Origin: Gonapodya sp. JEL0774
Taxonomy: Eukaryota
Length of the DNA: 64,000 nucleotides
Direction: 5' to 3'
Assembly: GCA_027604505.1 (NCBI GenBank)
Contig: JADIIX010000009.1
Coordinates: 186,001-250,000, forward strand
Shown: positions 62,845 to 64,000 of the stretch, piece by piece
Numbering within the stretch: the stretch's first letter is position 1
Layout of the letters: each line of letters opens with the position of its first letter
The notes under the pieces: generated by a model
Seen by the model: only the letters and a program-made list of their open reading frames with translations
What the model was told of the DNA's origin: nothing
Databases searched by the model: none
Position numbers and translations under genes: made by a program

Positions 62845-64000
62845 ATGTCACAGTCTGTCGTTCCAACGATTCGCGCAGTCCTTGTGACTTCGCAGTCAGA
62901 CACGATCAAAATCGAAAGCGTCGGCAGAGCCCTTGTTTCTCGCTTCGTGGATACAGATGAAAAAGCTGGTGGACTCTTGGAGTATGCCGAAGAGATCCTG
63001 GCCTCGGTGAGACTAGCGCAAACTCTACGGGTGGGGCTCGAACTGCCATTCTTATTTCTTGAACATTTGATCTCCTGTGATCAACCACCGGTTTTTGGGT
63101 TGTAATTGTTCTGATGCGATCGGGTGAACGCAACTCCTACCATCCGAACGAAAATACCCTTCACTGGAAGGATTCACGCCTCGAGCTTCAGATAGCAGAA
63201 ATTATCTTTCAAAGGGTTGGCTCCTATAGGCCACTGGCTCTCTGGACCCGGTACTCCAGCGACAATCTCGAAGGTCTCCTACAAACCAGTAAGAGTTGAA
63301 CTCAACAGAGAAGAATGACACATTGGTGAGCTAAGTTCGCATTGTGCTCTAGAACGTTCTCCGTGGCATACAACTCGACTACTTGTTCTGGTGACGCTGG
63401 CAAAGCGAGGTTAGCCCTGTCTCAAACGTGCTCACAATTTGGACCCATCTTAACCGATATTGCAGCGTCTGCAAAGTCTCTGGCTGACATTCATCCAGAC
63501 ATCAGTATCCAATTGAAGAGGGATCAGAATCGACTTCAGAAGATAGTCAGGCTTACCTATCCCCTTAAGACATCGTCCCAGCCAATGCAGGAACTGTTTC
63601 TGAAAGTTTTGTTGGAGATTCCAGCCTGTAGGCCCGAACCTACTAAGATGGTTGAAGTTAGTTGGATTTCTTCGACGTCACCTCTGTCTTGCTTCTTTGT
63701 ACATCAAATCAATTGTATTACACCACCAGGGTCTCATGAAGTATATCATGACTACACCTGTTGTCCGCGAAGACTTTATACCGGAGTTAATCGTGGATGC
63801 CGTGGATCTTCTTCAAAAAGAATATTTCATCAAGTAGGTTACGGACTTTGGAACTTGCGTTTCGTCAACTAATCCATTCTGGATAAGCACTTCGCTTGTC
63901 GAGTCCGCTTTATTTCTACTATTTACTCATCTCACGCGTGACAGCTGGTGTTCTCCCTTTACTGCCAAACTCATCGCGGCGGTGCCACTATCATTTGCTT
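62845..64000 (+). CDS. Multi-exon hypothetical helical protein, runs off the window
   Basis: MSQSVVPTIRAVL...YAEEILAS with GTGAGA donor, then exons ENTLHWKDSRLELQIAE..., SAKSLADIHPDI...EPTKM, GLMKYIMTT...EYFIK with GT-AG boundaries. Confidence 0.6.

Noticed and set aside
1..64000. Operon-like or biosynthetic gene cluster linking GCV1, NFU1, COX11 and METTL15
   Set aside because: They are dispersed, on mixed strands and interleaved with unrelated genes; ordinary housekeeping neighbourhood.

Overview
Gene-dense, intron-rich eukaryotic DNA (GT-AG introns, mostly about 50-500 nt). Fungal-type housekeeping genes occur together with axonemal genes (DNAAF11/LRRC6, CFAP43, a TTC16-like TPR protein), which points to a zoosporic, chytrid-grade fungus; this taxonomy is inference. 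About 25 protein genes can be reconstructed by hand: METTL15/RsmH, pyroglutamyl peptidase, DNAAF11, a TPR protein, an HPP membrane protein, a ubiquitin-like protein, PSP1, GCV1, PEX4, COX11, an F-box protein, PRP38, NFU1, CFAP43, a disrupted kinase, a DHHC palmitoyltransferase, a tandem DJ-1/PfpI protein, a long low-complexity AT-hook protein, a multi-pass membrane protein, PCM1/PGM3, a NUDT19-like Nudix hydrolase and several unknowns. No rRNA, tRNA or CRISPR array was recognised. Most notable: (1) a 3.16 kb kinase-carrying segment (40160-43320) whose two ends reappear joined tail-to-head, inverted, at 49103-49892, i.e. a circular permutation; (2) a spliced ubiquitin-like protein with a large loop insertion and a Cys-rich tail that the ORF track misses; (3) a Hub1-binding HIND motif at the C-terminus of Prp38; (4) a tandem DJ-1/PfpI protein with Ser in place of the catalytic Cys; (5) an unknown protein with two copies of an unrecognised domain. 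Gene boundaries and splice sites were assigned by eye and no database search was run.
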